Shown here piece by piece: positions 1 to 9,826 of a DNA stretch of 64,000 nucleotides. This stretch comes from Candidatus Calescibacterium sp. (GTDB lineage: Bacteria > Calescibacteriota > Calescibacteriia > Calescibacteriales > Calescibacteriaceae), in contig JANXBU010000003.1 of the NCBI GenBank assembly GCA_025060505.1, positions 47,124 to 111,123 on the forward strand, written 5' to 3'. Position numbers and translations under genes: made by a program. The notes below the pieces were generated by a model. It ran no database searches. It was not told the origin of the DNA and worked only from the letters and a program-made list of their open reading frames with translations. Positions within the stretch are counted from its first letter, which is position 1; each line of letters opens with the position of its first letter.

Positions 1-1
1 T

Positions 2-1903
2 ATGGGAAGTGGAGAAGGTGGAGAAGATCCGCGTAGATTTGAACCTTACGAGAATGGAGATTGGGCAAACTCTTCAATGAAACAAATTGCTTCTGGAAGA
101 TTTGGAGTGACAACCGAGTATGCTGTAAATTGTAGGGAGCTTGAAATAAAAATAGCTCAGGGTGCAAAACCCGGGGAGGGTGGGCAGCTTCCGGGGATAA
201 AAGTAAACGAGACTATTGCTAAGGTAAGAAGAACGGTTCCCGGAATATCTCTTATTTCTCCACCACCACACCATGATATATATTCAATAGAAGATTTAGC
301 TCAGCTTATATACGACCTCAAAAAGGTTAATCCTTTTGCGCGGGTTTCTGTGAAACTTGTTTCAAGCGCTGGAGTTGGAATAATTGCTTCCGGTGTTTCG
401 AAAGCATACTCAGATACTGTACATATAGCTGGTGATGAGGGTGGAACCGGAGCTTCGCCATCTAGCTCAATAAAAAATGCGGGAAACACATGGGAACTTG
501 GGTTGATAGAAACAAACGCTATTCTGATATGGAACAACATAAGAGATAGAGTAAGAATAAGAGTTGATGGCGGACTTCTGAACGGCTGGGATGTTATAAA
601 AGCAGCAATTCTTGGAGCAAACGAGTATGGGTTTGGAAGCTCCGCAATGATAGCAATAGGATGCATTATGGCTCGTCAGTGTCACCTGAACACATGCCCA
701 GTTGGTATAGCTTCACAAAGAGAAGATCTCAGAAAGAAATTTCCGGGTTCGCCAGAAAGAATAGAAAGATACTTCATTGCTGTTGCCGAAGAGGTAAGAC
801 AAATTCTTGCTAAACTCGGTGCTAGATCACTTGATCAGATCATCGGGAGGATAGACCTTATAAAACCAAGGGGCGTAAAGGTTCCAAAAAGCTCAAAAGA
901 AATAAACGTAGATTATCTCAAATCTCTTTATCTGAGAATAGCGGAAGAAGGTGAGAACCCATTCATAGTAGAGATGCCAGAGAATGGAATATCTGATAAG
1001 CTTGATGAGAGAATAAGGAAAATTTTAAGTTCTGTATCTCACGAACCTAAGGGAAGAAACGATAGACCAGAGAATCCAGAAGAAGACCTGAACTCTAAAA
1101 TAGTAAAAGATGCTCTTCCTCTTCTGGAATTAGGTAGAAAGGTTAATCTGAAGTATCAGATAAGGAATATTCACAGGTCTGTTGGAGCGACTTTATCTGG
1201 AATAATAGCGAAGAACTGGGGTGATGGAGTTTCTATAAAGAAAGGTCTTGAACCGAACTCAGTTGTTATTGACTTTGAGGGATTTGCTGGTCAGAGCTTT
1301 GGAGCCTTTCTTGTCAGAGGTATAAAATTCAATCTTTACGGTGTGGCTAACGACTATGTCGGTAAGGCAATCTCTGGAGGACATATAAACATAATACCTC
1401 ATAAGGATAACCTTATGGGGATAGGAAATGTTGCGATATACGGGGGAACTGGTGGATACCTTTTTGTAAGGGGTAGAGCAGGCCAGCGTTTTGCTGTCAG
1501 AAATTCCGGAGTCTTTGCAGTTGTTGAGGGAGCAGGAGATCACTGTCTTGAGTACATGACAAATGGAGCTTCGTTGATTCTTGGTGAAGTCGGAAAGAAT
1601 CTCGGTGCTGGTATGACTGGCGGAATTGCATTTATAATCAAAGACAAATCTCTTAAAAAACTTATCAACCCTGAATTTGTCTTTCTTAAAGATATAGATG
1701 AAGAAATTGAGAACATCTTTATTCAAATGCTTCTTAAAGTTCACCAGATGGAAACTAAATCAAAGATTGCAGAACAGATACTCAATGGTTCTATAAGCGA
1801 TAATTTCTATGTTATAGTTCCAAAGGAATTTCAGAAGTATAAAACTTCATTCATTGAATCCGCAATAAATAGATTGAAAAATGACTTTCAATATTTGGCA
1901 TAA
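2..1903 (+). CDS. gltB: Glutamate synthase large subunit, C-terminal part (FMN-binding and GXGXG domains). 5' end truncated by the window edge.
   Basis: Translation shows the FMN-domain motifs (GAKPGEGGQLPG, ISPPPHHDIYSIEDL, GDEGGTGASP) followed by a GXGXG-type beta-helix domain (GQSFGAFL...YGGTGGY...GAGMTGG). The ORF runs to the window start. Confidence 0.9.
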   Translation: MGSGEGGEDPRRFEPYENGDWANSSMKQIASGRFGVTTEYAVNCRELEIKIAQGAKPGEGGQLPGIKVNETIAKVRRTVPGISLISPPPHHDIYSIEDLAQLIYDLKKVNPFARVSVKLVSSAGVGIIASGVSKAYSDTVHIAGDEGGTGASPSSSIKNAGNTWELGLIETNAILIWNNIRDRVRIRVDGGLLNGWDVIKAAILGANEYGFGSSAMIAIGCIMARQCHLNTCPVGIASQREDLRKKFPGSPERIERYFIAVAEEVRQILAKLGARSLDQIIGRIDLIKPRGVKVPKSSKEINVDYLKSLYLRIAEEGENPFIVEMPENGISDKLDERIRKILSSVSHEPKGRNDRPENPEEDLNSKIVKDALPLLELGRKVNLKYQIRNIHRSVGATLSGIIAKNWGDGVSIKKGLEPNSVVIDFEGFAGQSFGAFLVRGIKFNLYGVANDYVGKAISGGHINIIPHKDNLMGIGNVAIYGGTGGYLFVRGRAGQRFAVRNSGVFAVVEGAGDHCLEYMTNGASLILGEVGKNLGAGMTGGIAFIIKDKSLKKLINPEFVFLKDIDEEIENIFIQMLLKVHQMETKSKIAEQILNGSISDNFYVIVPKEFQKYKTSFIESAINRLKNDFQYLA

Positions 1904-1983
1904 AATAGCTTTGAAAACTTGGATTTATGTGTTGAATTTTATGAAAACTGTTCTTTGAATTTACCTATCAACTTGAAAGCTCT

Positions 1984-2271
1984 TCAATCCTTCTCTTTTG
2001 CTTTCATCAAAATCTTCAGTATCCTGTATGTTGCTATTATACCTATAGCAAGTCCCACCAGTGTTCCAACAGCTTCTCCAACTCCTGATTGCCATCCTAA
2101 GAACTTCCCAATGAGATGGCCAGCAAAACTCCCACCAAGAATAAGTCCAATGAACTCAAATCCGAGTGCAAAGATAAGTAATATTTTTGTTTTTCTTCCT
2201 CTATTTTTACCTATCATCTGAGCAATATTTTGTAAAAATTTCTGTGTTTGTATATCTAATAAAATTATCAA
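1984..2271 (-). CDS. Small two-TM membrane protein, AtpZ/AtpI-like (ATPase_gene1 family).
   Basis: 95 aa. The pattern FALGFEFIGLILGGSFAGHLIGKFLG ... GTLVGLAIGIIATYRIL resembles the ATP-synthase-associated AtpZ family. No atp genes are adjacent. Confidence 0.45.
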   Translation of the reverse strand: MIILLDIQTQKFLQNIAQMIGKNRGRKTKILLIFALGFEFIGLILGGSFAGHLIGKFLGWQSGVGEAVGTLVGLAIGIIATYRILKILMKAKEKD

Positions 2272-2352
2272 AGATAGTGTTGGTTTTGTGTTGATTAAGA
2301 ATTGAAATTAAAAATAGACGAATTTTACTAAACATGAAAGGAGTTTGAATTT

Positions 2353-3183
2353 ATGCAGAGGTTTTTTGTTGGAACTGCAGGTATTCCCCATTCAACTGTT
2401 CCAAAAAATGGAGAGGATCCAACATCTGCTGGAATAAGAACTATAAGGGAATTAAAACTTGACGCAATGGAGCTTGAATTCGTAAATGGTGTATATCTGA
2501 AGCCAGAGAAAACCATTTATGTGAAGGAAATGAAAGATAACTACAATGTAGTTCTCACAGCTCACGCTCCTTATTTCTTGAATCTTGGAAACCCAGAAAA
2601 GGTTGAAATGTCAAAATCTGTTCTTATTCACACCCTGAAAATAGCTGAACTTGCTGGTATAAAGTCTATCGCGTTTCATCCAGCTTATTACTTCAAACAA
2701 AATCCAGAAGAAACTTTCAAAATAGTCAAAAAAGCGATCTCAGATATTCTAGAATTTTCAAGAAAGAATGGGTATAAAGTAGAACTCAGACCAGAAACTG
2801 CTGGAAAAACATTTCAGTTTGGTTCAATTCAAGAGCTTATAAAACTTTGCAAAGAAATAGAAGGATTGAAGATCTGTATAGATTTTGCTCACATCTATTC
2901 AAGGTCAAGAGGTGAGGTAAACGGATATGATGGTTTTATGAGAGTTATTGAGAACTTTTGGAAGGAGCTTGGAGATTCTGCTCTGAAAGATATGCACTGT
3001 CACGTTGAGGGGATTCAGTTTGGGAAAACCGGTGAGATAAGGCATCTTAACTTTTCTGAGTCTGGATTTGATTACAGGGGATTAGCCCAGGCGCTGCTTG
3101 AAAGCAGAGCAGAGGGAATAATTATATGTGAAAGCCCATCTCTTGAATCAGATGCCATATTACTAAAAGAGCTCTTATCATAA
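2353..3183 (+). CDS. nfo: AP endonuclease family 2 (endonuclease IV-like) TIM-barrel protein.
   Basis: LTAHAPYFLNLGNPE and IDFAHIY correspond to the Endo IV HAPYLINL and IDTCH metal-site motifs. Xylose-isomerase-like barrel length. Confidence 0.65.
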   Translation: MQRFFVGTAGIPHSTVPKNGEDPTSAGIRTIRELKLDAMELEFVNGVYLKPEKTIYVKEMKDNYNVVLTAHAPYFLNLGNPEKVEMSKSVLIHTLKIAELAGIKSIAFHPAYYFKQNPEETFKIVKKAISDILEFSRKNGYKVELRPETAGKTFQFGSIQELIKLCKEIEGLKICIDFAHIYSRSRGEVNGYDGFMRVIENFWKELGDSALKDMHCHVEGIQFGKTGEIRHLNFSESGFDYRGLAQALLESRAEGIIICESPSLESDAILLKELLS

Positions 3184-3285
3184 GCTTTTATCAAGGAACC
3201 CAGAATCAAAAATCTCGCTATTCCGATAATTTGTCAAAATTCATAATTTGTGGATTTCTATATTCTTTATTGTTAATTTTTTACT

Positions 3286-5058
3286 ATGTCTGTACACAAA
3301 AGAAAAGGTTTATTTTTTCTTGTTTTCGTCGTAGGCTTTTTGTTTTCTTGTTCCAAGAAACCAAATCTTTATGTAAAAGATAAAATATATGCTGATGATG
3401 AAGTTTCTCTCTATTTTCAGGCACAATATGATATTACTTCAGGAAGACTGAAACAAGCTGAGGAGAAATTGGAGTTCCTGGTAGATTACGCAGAAAAGAG
3501 CGGGAAGAGTCTTGGTTTTACACCTTATTACGATTTAGCTGTTTTGAAATTCAGATTGAAAAAATTAGACGAAGCAAAGATTTATACCGAGAGACTTACA
3601 CTTTATGTTTCAAATCCACGGGAAGCTGAAAAATCATTTTATCTGTTTGTAAGATTAGGTGAGCAGAAAAGAGCAAATGATGTGATTGAATACTATTTTT
3701 CAAAGTTTCCATCTGACGAAGATCTCTTTCGTATTATAGTAATGAATTATATAAGGCAAGGAAATTTACAGAGAGTCAAAGATATTTGTGAAGTTTTTCT
3801 ATCTAAAAGACCGAATAATCTCTTTGCTACAATGATATATGGCAATGTTTTGAAAAGTCTTGGAGATAAAGAAAATGCAAAGAAACAATTTGAGAAGATT
3901 GTAAAACAGGGAGTATACGATGAAGCTACTTTGAAAGAACTTGTGGATATATATAAGGAACAAGGTGAGAATAAAAAAGCTATAGATATACTTAAGGAAG
4001 CAGATAGAATTAATCCTTCTATTTCAATAAAAAGGGAGCTTGTAGATTTCCTTCTTGATGAGGGAATGAATGATGAAGCAGTGGACTATATGGAGGAGAT
4101 AACTCGTGAGCTAAGGGAACCGGAAATTCTTTTTGATTGGATAAGAGTTCTTTTCAGAGCAAAGAGATATTCAGATATAGTCAGTAATGCTGATTCGGTA
4201 AGGAAAGTTTTGAGCGATAAAAGGGCTTCTGAATTGATTTCTCTTATGAAGGCTATGTCTTTGCACGAGCTTGGGAAATTTGAAGAAGCCTATGAAGAAT
4301 ACAGTAAGTTTGATGAGAAATCTGATTTTTATGCTGATGCTATAGCAGGGAAGATAGACGCACTTAAAGAAATGAACCCGCTCAAGGCCATCGAGTTTAT
4401 TGAGCAAATAGATAAAGATATGATAACTCCGCAAATTGCCCAATCAATAGTTTATGTATATAGAGAAAAAGAAGATTACAATTCTGCTCTGAAACTATCT
4501 GAGGACTTTGAAAAAAGATTCGAAAGTAAAAGAAACAGTTTCATTTACACAAAGGCTATTTTATTGTATGAATCTGGTAAAGTATATGAGGCACTTATGG
4601 AGGCAGATAAACTCCTTCAGGAGAACCCATCTGACCCAATGTACTTGAATCTCAAGGGATATATTTTATGCGAATATCTCAGAATGGAGAGTGAGAAAAC
4701 AGGAAAGATGGATTACGAAAGGCTGGAAGAAGCAGGGAAACTTATTTCACAGGCCCTAAAGATAAAACCAGACCCATATATAAAAGACAGTATGGGATGG
4801 TATCTTTTCCTAAAAGGTCAGATTGATGAAGCAGAGAAATACATTAGAGAGGCTCTCGCAGCTCTGCCAGACGATTCTATTTTGAACGAACATCTTGGAG
4901 ATATAATCCTTAAAAAAGGCGATATGGAAAAATCTCTTGAGCTATACAAAAAGGCTCTTGAAAAAGGAAAACCAAAAGGTTTAGATAGAATAAGAATTGA
5001 AAACAAAATCAAATCACTCACAGAAAAACTAAAGATAAAGAGAACTGGAAGGAAATAA
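3286..5058 (+). CDS. Tetratricopeptide-repeat lipoprotein.
   Basis: Signal peptide with lipobox (FLFSC). Multiple TPR-like helical repeats through 590 aa. Confidence 0.7.
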   Translation: MSVHKRKGLFFLVFVVGFLFSCSKKPNLYVKDKIYADDEVSLYFQAQYDITSGRLKQAEEKLEFLVDYAEKSGKSLGFTPYYDLAVLKFRLKKLDEAKIYTERLTLYVSNPREAEKSFYLFVRLGEQKRANDVIEYYFSKFPSDEDLFRIIVMNYIRQGNLQRVKDICEVFLSKRPNNLFATMIYGNVLKSLGDKENAKKQFEKIVKQGVYDEATLKELVDIYKEQGENKKAIDILKEADRINPSISIKRELVDFLLDEGMNDEAVDYMEEITRELREPEILFDWIRVLFRAKRYSDIVSNADSVRKVLSDKRASELISLMKAMSLHELGKFEEAYEEYSKFDEKSDFYADAIAGKIDALKEMNPLKAIEFIEQIDKDMITPQIAQSIVYVYREKEDYNSALKLSEDFEKRFESKRNSFIYTKAILLYESGKVYEALMEADKLLQENPSDPMYLNLKGYILCEYLRMESEKTGKMDYERLEEAGKLISQALKIKPDPYIKDSMGWYLFLKGQIDEAEKYIREALAALPDDSILNEHLGDIILKKGDMEKSLELYKKALEKGKPKGLDRIRIENKIKSLTEKLKIKRTGRK

Positions 5059-5125
5059 ACTCCTTAAATTTAGAATTTTTTTCGAGAATCTTTGATTTAA
5101 ATCTTAAATCCTAAAATCCATTAAT

Positions 5126-5761
5126 CTAGATTCCGAATCCAATAGTCTGTATATATATACTTGATTGCTCTTTTCCATCAACTCCGATGATTTTGTTTAT
5201 TTTGTTCTCGTAGAAAGCCCCAACTACGCAGGAGGAAAGTCCAAGAGAAACACACTGTAAAGCTACATTCTGAGCGATGTGTCCAACTTCAATGTAGATA
5301 TACATATATCCTCTTTCTCCGTACTTAGATGTTGTTCTTCTGAACACAGCTGTATAGATTATTGTGAGGCTACTGGTCAGGAACGTTTCCTGTGAAAGAC
5401 AAGCCTTGAGGATCTCTTCTCTGAAGTTTCCCTTTTTTATAATTTCAACTGAATGGTTCTGAGGGATGTAGTGGTAAATTCCTTCATTGATTCCTTCTAT
5501 GTTATGTGCTGCGAAGTATATTTCAATTGGATATAGAGCTCCGGCAGAGGGTGATGCTCGGAGTTCAAATCCGTTTACAATGTGTGTGATTCCATAGGCA
5601 GAGAACAATATATGAGAAACTTCTGATATACTTAGTGGTTTTTCAGAGTATTCTCTTACGCTTCTCCTTTTCAGTATTGCCTCCTCAACAGATAAACCCC
5701 TGAAGGAGTATTTGGGAAGCTTGATTTTCGTGTTTTTGTCAGTTTTGCTGTTTTTCATCAT
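5126..5761 (-). CDS. SagB-type dehydrogenase / nitroreductase family protein.
   Basis: RRSVREYS, RASPSAGALYP and YIYIEVGHIAQN are hallmark motifs of the SagB-type nitroreductase domain. Confidence 0.75.
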   Translation of the reverse strand: MMKNSKTDKNTKIKLPKYSFRGLSVEEAILKRRSVREYSEKPLSISEVSHILFSAYGITHIVNGFELRASPSAGALYPIEIYFAAHNIEGINEGIYHYIPQNHSVEIIKKGNFREEILKACLSQETFLTSSLTIIYTAVFRRTTSKYGERGYMYIYIEVGHIAQNVALQCVSLGLSSCVVGAFYENKINKIIGVDGKEQSSIYIQTIGFGI

Positions 5762-5787
5762 TCCAACTATCTGGTTCTATTACTTGT

Positions 5788-6804
5788 TTATTTGCTTATA
5801 GATAATGACTCAAAAAGTTTCTTTCTGAATTTTTCTTCATCTTCTATCTCAAATTCAACGCATACTCCGTACAATGGTAATTTTGTTCTGTTTGTGATTT
5901 TCCAGAAATCTTTTTCTGTAGATACAACAATATCTGCTAGCTTTTTGTTGATTTTTTCTCTTATTTCAGTTATAGTGCTGAAAGGTATCTGTGAGTGATC
6001 TGGGAGATCAAAATGTTCTACAATGTTTATTCCAATTTCTCTTATCATTCTGCGGAATCTAGATGGCAGAGCAATTGATGAAACCAAAACTGCTCTTGCT
6101 CCGGAAATTTCTGATGTATTTTTTTCCGATATTTTATTACCATCTGAGTAAATGAATTTTTGTATCTTTGAAATGAAATAAAATGTTTTTTTATTGAGTT
6201 TTTCTATCTTTCTTTTGAAAGAATCATTTATACCTTTTTCTATAAATACCATATCAGTCCAGAGAGCAGATATTATTGGTTCTCTCATGGGACCAAAAGG
6301 GAATACCAGTGTATTTCCGATACTCTCCTTAGTGAAGGTGAGAATTTTTATTTCAGGTTCAAGTAAATACGAAAAGAAGTCATCAAAAATAAGAGCATCT
6401 GCTATTTTTCTCAGTGAATCCAGAGCTTTCTCTCTTTTTTTGAAACTTGCACCTATGAAGTTTCTCTTTAAAGCAAGAACAGTCTCATCGCAAACTCCGT
6501 CTAAATTTTCTGTTTCCGGCATGAATACACCTTCTTTTTTTCCTCCGAACCCACTATGGATTACTGCTGGTCTGATTTTATTTTCGGAGAGGATTTGTGC
6601 TATCTTCAAAGATAAAGTTGTTTTTCCAGCTCCTCCCAATGCTAAGCTTCCAACACCAACAGATGGGAAATCCAAAACTTTTTTCTTACCAAAAATTCTT
6701 CTCAGCAGCATTGCGAAGGATATTATGTGTGACGGTAGACTAAAGACTAAATTTGTTGGATGGTACTTGCTGTAATACCAAAATTTTGGGGGCTTCATAT
6801 TCAT
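5788..6804 (-). CDS. lpxK: Tetraacyldisaccharide 4'-kinase.
   Basis: P-loop region SVGVGSLALGGAGKTT matches the LpxK VGNLTVGGTGKTP signature. Typical ~330 aa length. Confidence 0.8.
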   Translation of the reverse strand: MNMKPPKFWYYSKYHPTNLVFSLPSHIISFAMLLRRIFGKKKVLDFPSVGVGSLALGGAGKTTLSLKIAQILSENKIRPAVIHSGFGGKKEGVFMPETENLDGVCDETVLALKRNFIGASFKKREKALDSLRKIADALIFDDFFSYLLEPEIKILTFTKESIGNTLVFPFGPMREPIISALWTDMVFIEKGINDSFKRKIEKLNKKTFYFISKIQKFIYSDGNKISEKNTSEISGARAVLVSSIALPSRFRRMIREIGINIVEHFDLPDHSQIPFSTITEIREKINKKLADIVVSTEKDFWKITNRTKLPLYGVCVEFEIEDEEKFRKKLFESLSISK

Positions 6805-6988
6805 ATTTTATACATTTGATTTTGCGGTTTGTTCTCGCGGATAAATTCGTTTGACCATCTTAATCTCAAAGATACTTTTATAGATAAATTCATTTCTTTA
6901 TAAAAAATTTTTTCTATCATAAAATCTTTTTGATAAAATTATGTGTAAAATCAAGTTCATTAATTTTTTAGCGAGGAGGTTGTAGAAA

Positions 6989-7117
6989 ATGAATAACAAA
7001 AAATCAGAGGGAGAAAACTTTGTACCAAAAGGGGCTTTAGCCTTTTTCATTCTTATGGTTTTATTCTACGGTTTTCTATGGGGAGTGATTTGGCTCATTA
7101 TGATATTGAGAGGTTAA
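6989..7117 (+). CDS. cbaD: ba3-type cytochrome c oxidase subunit IIa (single-TM peptide). Below the length cutoff of the ORF track.
   Basis: 42 codons, MNNKKSEGENFVPKGALAFFILMVLFYGFLWGVIWLIMILRG. It is near-identical in pattern to Thermus CbaD (..PKGALA..single TM..ARG). A GAGGAGG RBS sits 8 nt upstream, and the gene lies 22 nt upstream of cbaB. Confidence 0.7.
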   Translation: MNNKKSEGENFVPKGALAFFILMVLFYGFLWGVIWLIMILRG

Positions 7118-7139
7118 GTTAAAAGGAGGTGGTTGTGCT

Positions 7140-7670
7140 ATGGAGAATGAGAAAATTATTCAACAGCAAGAAAAGAAGGCACTTTTTATTTCAATTCTCC
7201 TGATGGCTGTATTCATATCAATGATAGTATATGGTATAAAGGGAGTTGGAGTAGATCTACCAACATGTATTTCAAATGTTCAGCCTTATGAGACTGGAAA
7301 AGTTGTTCAAGTATCAGATAAGGAGTATGAAATATACTATGTAGCTCGCATGTGGTTTTTTGATCCACAGAATGTAGAGATTCCGGTCGGTTCAAAGGTT
7401 AGAATTTATCTTACAAGTTTGGATGTAACTCATGGGCTTCATATATGGGGTACGAACGTTAATCTTATGGCTATACCAAATGCTGTCAATTATTATGAAG
7501 TTAAGTTCAACAAAGAAGGGGAATATATAGTTAGTTGTCACGAATATTGTGGAATAGCTCATCAGAACATGATAGGTAAGATAATCGTCAAGAGCTCAAT
7601 TGAAAATTTAGGGCAAAACATAAACAACATTCAAACAGCTGCACAAGTAGGGGGTGAAAAAACATGGTAG
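7140..7670 (+). CDS. cbaB: Cytochrome c oxidase subunit II (CuA), B-family / ba3-type.
   Basis: N-terminal TM helix, then a cupredoxin domain carrying the CuA ligands H (VTHGLHIWG) and CHEYCGIAHQNM. RBS AAGGAGG. Overlaps cbaA by 7 nt. Confidence 0.85.
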   Translation: MENEKIIQQQEKKALFISILLMAVFISMIVYGIKGVGVDLPTCISNVQPYETGKVVQVSDKEYEIYYVARMWFFDPQNVEIPVGSKVRIYLTSLDVTHGLHIWGTNVNLMAIPNAVNYYEVKFNKEGEYIVSCHEYCGIAHQNMIGKIIVKSSIENLGQNINNIQTAAQVGGEKTW

Positions 7671-9358
7671 AAACTCAGGAAAGAGGCGAAGGACTTAAAG
7701 TAGAAGGTTGGCTTAGGTTCATCACTCTTTTTGAATTAGTTTTTCCTACTATTCTTCTTATTCTTGGAATATACAATGGTCTTCTTCAGGTTCTTTACAG
7801 AGCTGGGATAATAAAATCAATGTCCTTTCTGGGAATATCATACTATCAAGGATTGACTTTACACGGAGTTATAAATGCTATTGTCTTTACTACATTTTTT
7901 ATTGTTGCTTTTTCTAATCTTGTTATGTATTACTACACGAGAATTCAGCTTTCAAAAGGGCTAACATATATAGCTTTTGCTCTGATGGTTGTTGGTACGC
8001 TACTTGCTGCTATTCCTATGCTGATTGGTAAGGCAAATGTTCTTTATACATTTTATCCTCCTCTGAAAGCTCATCCTATGTTTTATATTGGAGCTGCTCT
8101 TTTAGTTGTTGGAACTTGGGTAGCATTTTTGAGCTATATACTGGTTTACCTGAAATGGAAGAAAGAAAATCCACAGAAGGGTGTTCCTCTTGGAGTAATA
8201 GGTGTGATGTCAACTTTCATAATATGGTTTGTAGCAACTGTTCCGCTTGCTTATGCTGTTTTATTTATGCTTATTCCATGGTCTCTTGGAATTGTAAAAG
8301 AAATAAACATAATGGTAGAAAGAACTCTCTTTTGGTTCTTCGGTCATCCTCTTGTGTATTTCTGGCTACTTCCATCTTATATTATGCTTTATGTCGTTTT
8401 GCCAAAGATAGCTGGAGGTAAGTTATTTTCAGAAAAATTTGCAAGGCTTGTGTTTATGCTCTTTATAATATTCTCTATTCCTGTTGGTGTTCATCATCAG
8501 TACTCTGATCCATCAATTGGAACGAGTATGAAGTTTCTTCATGGTGTTTTAACTTTTGCTGTTGCAATTCCAAGTTTCCTCACAGCTTTTAATGTTGCAG
8601 CATCTTTGGAGTATGCTGGAAGAAAAAATGGAGGAAATGGTATTTTTGGTTGGTGGAAAAAACTTCCTTACACAGATCCGAAAAAATACTTATTTGCCTA
8701 TATGTTTGCAGGTCTTGTTCTCTTTTTATTTGGAGGAATCACAGGAATAGTAAATGCTTCCTATAATCTTAACTCTGTTGTTCATAACACAGCGTGGGTA
8801 CCAGGGCACTTCCACACAACTGTTGGAGGTCTTGTTTTCCTCTCATTCCTTGGTATGTCTCTTTATCTTGTTCAGAAGCTTTTAGGCAAAGAGGTGAAGT
8901 TTCAAAGACTCAATGTTCTTGTTCCATATATGTGGCTCATCGGAGTTATACTCATGAGTACTGGTATGTCTATTCCAGGAATAGAGGGTATGCCAAGAAG
9001 AACAAATATAGGGCTTACATATCTTAATCCAGAATCTGAATTTTTCAGACCAGGCTGGGTTTTTTGGTCATATCTATCTGTTATTGGTGGAACCATTATG
9101 TTCATTTCAATGTTTTCCTATTTCGTGATTTTCTTCTCTACGCTTTTTTCAAAGAAAACAAGTGAGGCAGATCTGTATATACCAACTGCTCAGTCACTCG
9201 ATGATGCTGGAACATCTTTTAGTTCTTTCAAACCTTGGATTGCTATTCTGATTGTTCTCATACTTGTTGCATATATCCCAACATTCTACGATTTATCAAA
9301 AGCCACTTTCGGTGGTGCTCCTCCGTATTCTCCGGAATTACCTGTTCCAATGAGATAG
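7664..9358 (+). CDS. cbaA: Cytochrome c oxidase subunit I, B-family / ba3-type.
   Basis: 564 aa polytopic membrane protein with heme-copper oxidase His ligand regions (WFFGHPLVYFW, HHQYSD, HFHTTVGG). Length and 13-TM layout fit ba3 subunit I. Confidence 0.9.
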   Translation: MVETQERGEGLKVEGWLRFITLFELVFPTILLILGIYNGLLQVLYRAGIIKSMSFLGISYYQGLTLHGVINAIVFTTFFIVAFSNLVMYYYTRIQLSKGLTYIAFALMVVGTLLAAIPMLIGKANVLYTFYPPLKAHPMFYIGAALLVVGTWVAFLSYILVYLKWKKENPQKGVPLGVIGVMSTFIIWFVATVPLAYAVLFMLIPWSLGIVKEINIMVERTLFWFFGHPLVYFWLLPSYIMLYVVLPKIAGGKLFSEKFARLVFMLFIIFSIPVGVHHQYSDPSIGTSMKFLHGVLTFAVAIPSFLTAFNVAASLEYAGRKNGGNGIFGWWKKLPYTDPKKYLFAYMFAGLVLFLFGGITGIVNASYNLNSVVHNTAWVPGHFHTTVGGLVFLSFLGMSLYLVQKLLGKEVKFQRLNVLVPYMWLIGVILMSTGMSIPGIEGMPRRTNIGLTYLNPESEFFRPGWVFWSYLSVIGGTIMFISMFSYFVIFFSTLFSKKTSEADLYIPTAQSLDDAGTSFSSFKPWIAILIVLILVAYIPTFYDLSKATFGGAPPYSPELPVPMR

Positions 9359-9826
9359 ATTTCTGATTTATTCACGATCCTTATTTAATCTATCCTGGCA
9401 CTGCATTTGATCTCTATGAGATAATACCTCAACAGACCAAAGATTTATATGAAACTTTGGAAGATATGCCAAAATACAATTATTTGTAATAGTGTGGGCG
9501 CAAGTTACTCAGACAGGAATATAACAAAGGTGCCGGAGAGTTCCCAACACTGCTTGTGTCTTTTGAAAAACTTTCAGCATGAATCAGACGTAATTTTTTG
9601 TGAGGTAGGTTAAGGTAATCGAAATGGAAATTCAATGCAAATTACTATATCAGAAAAGTACAAGGATTTCTGATAAATACAGAGAAATATTGTTGTAGAT
9701 TTTATTTCAGAAATGAAGAAATATAGTATGAGTAAGCAAAATTTTTTAAATCTCTTATTTGGTATAGAAATTTCAAAACTGAAAAATTCATATCTTATAT
9801 CTAAATGAATAAAAGGTTTTTATTGC

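Noticed and set aside
6194-6775. 193-aa + strand ORF.
   Set aside because: It is antisense to lpxK, which carries a clear P-loop signature. The shadow ORF has low-complexity S/F/K-rich composition.
9359-9826. 470-nt non-coding gap after cbaA, examined for an sRNA, riboswitch or tmRNA/SRP RNA.
   Set aside because: No conserved RNA motifs (tmRNA tag frame, SRP domain IV, riboswitch cores) and no convincing hairpin-plus-T-run were recognised by eye. It is left as a low-priority candidate for RNA-seq only.
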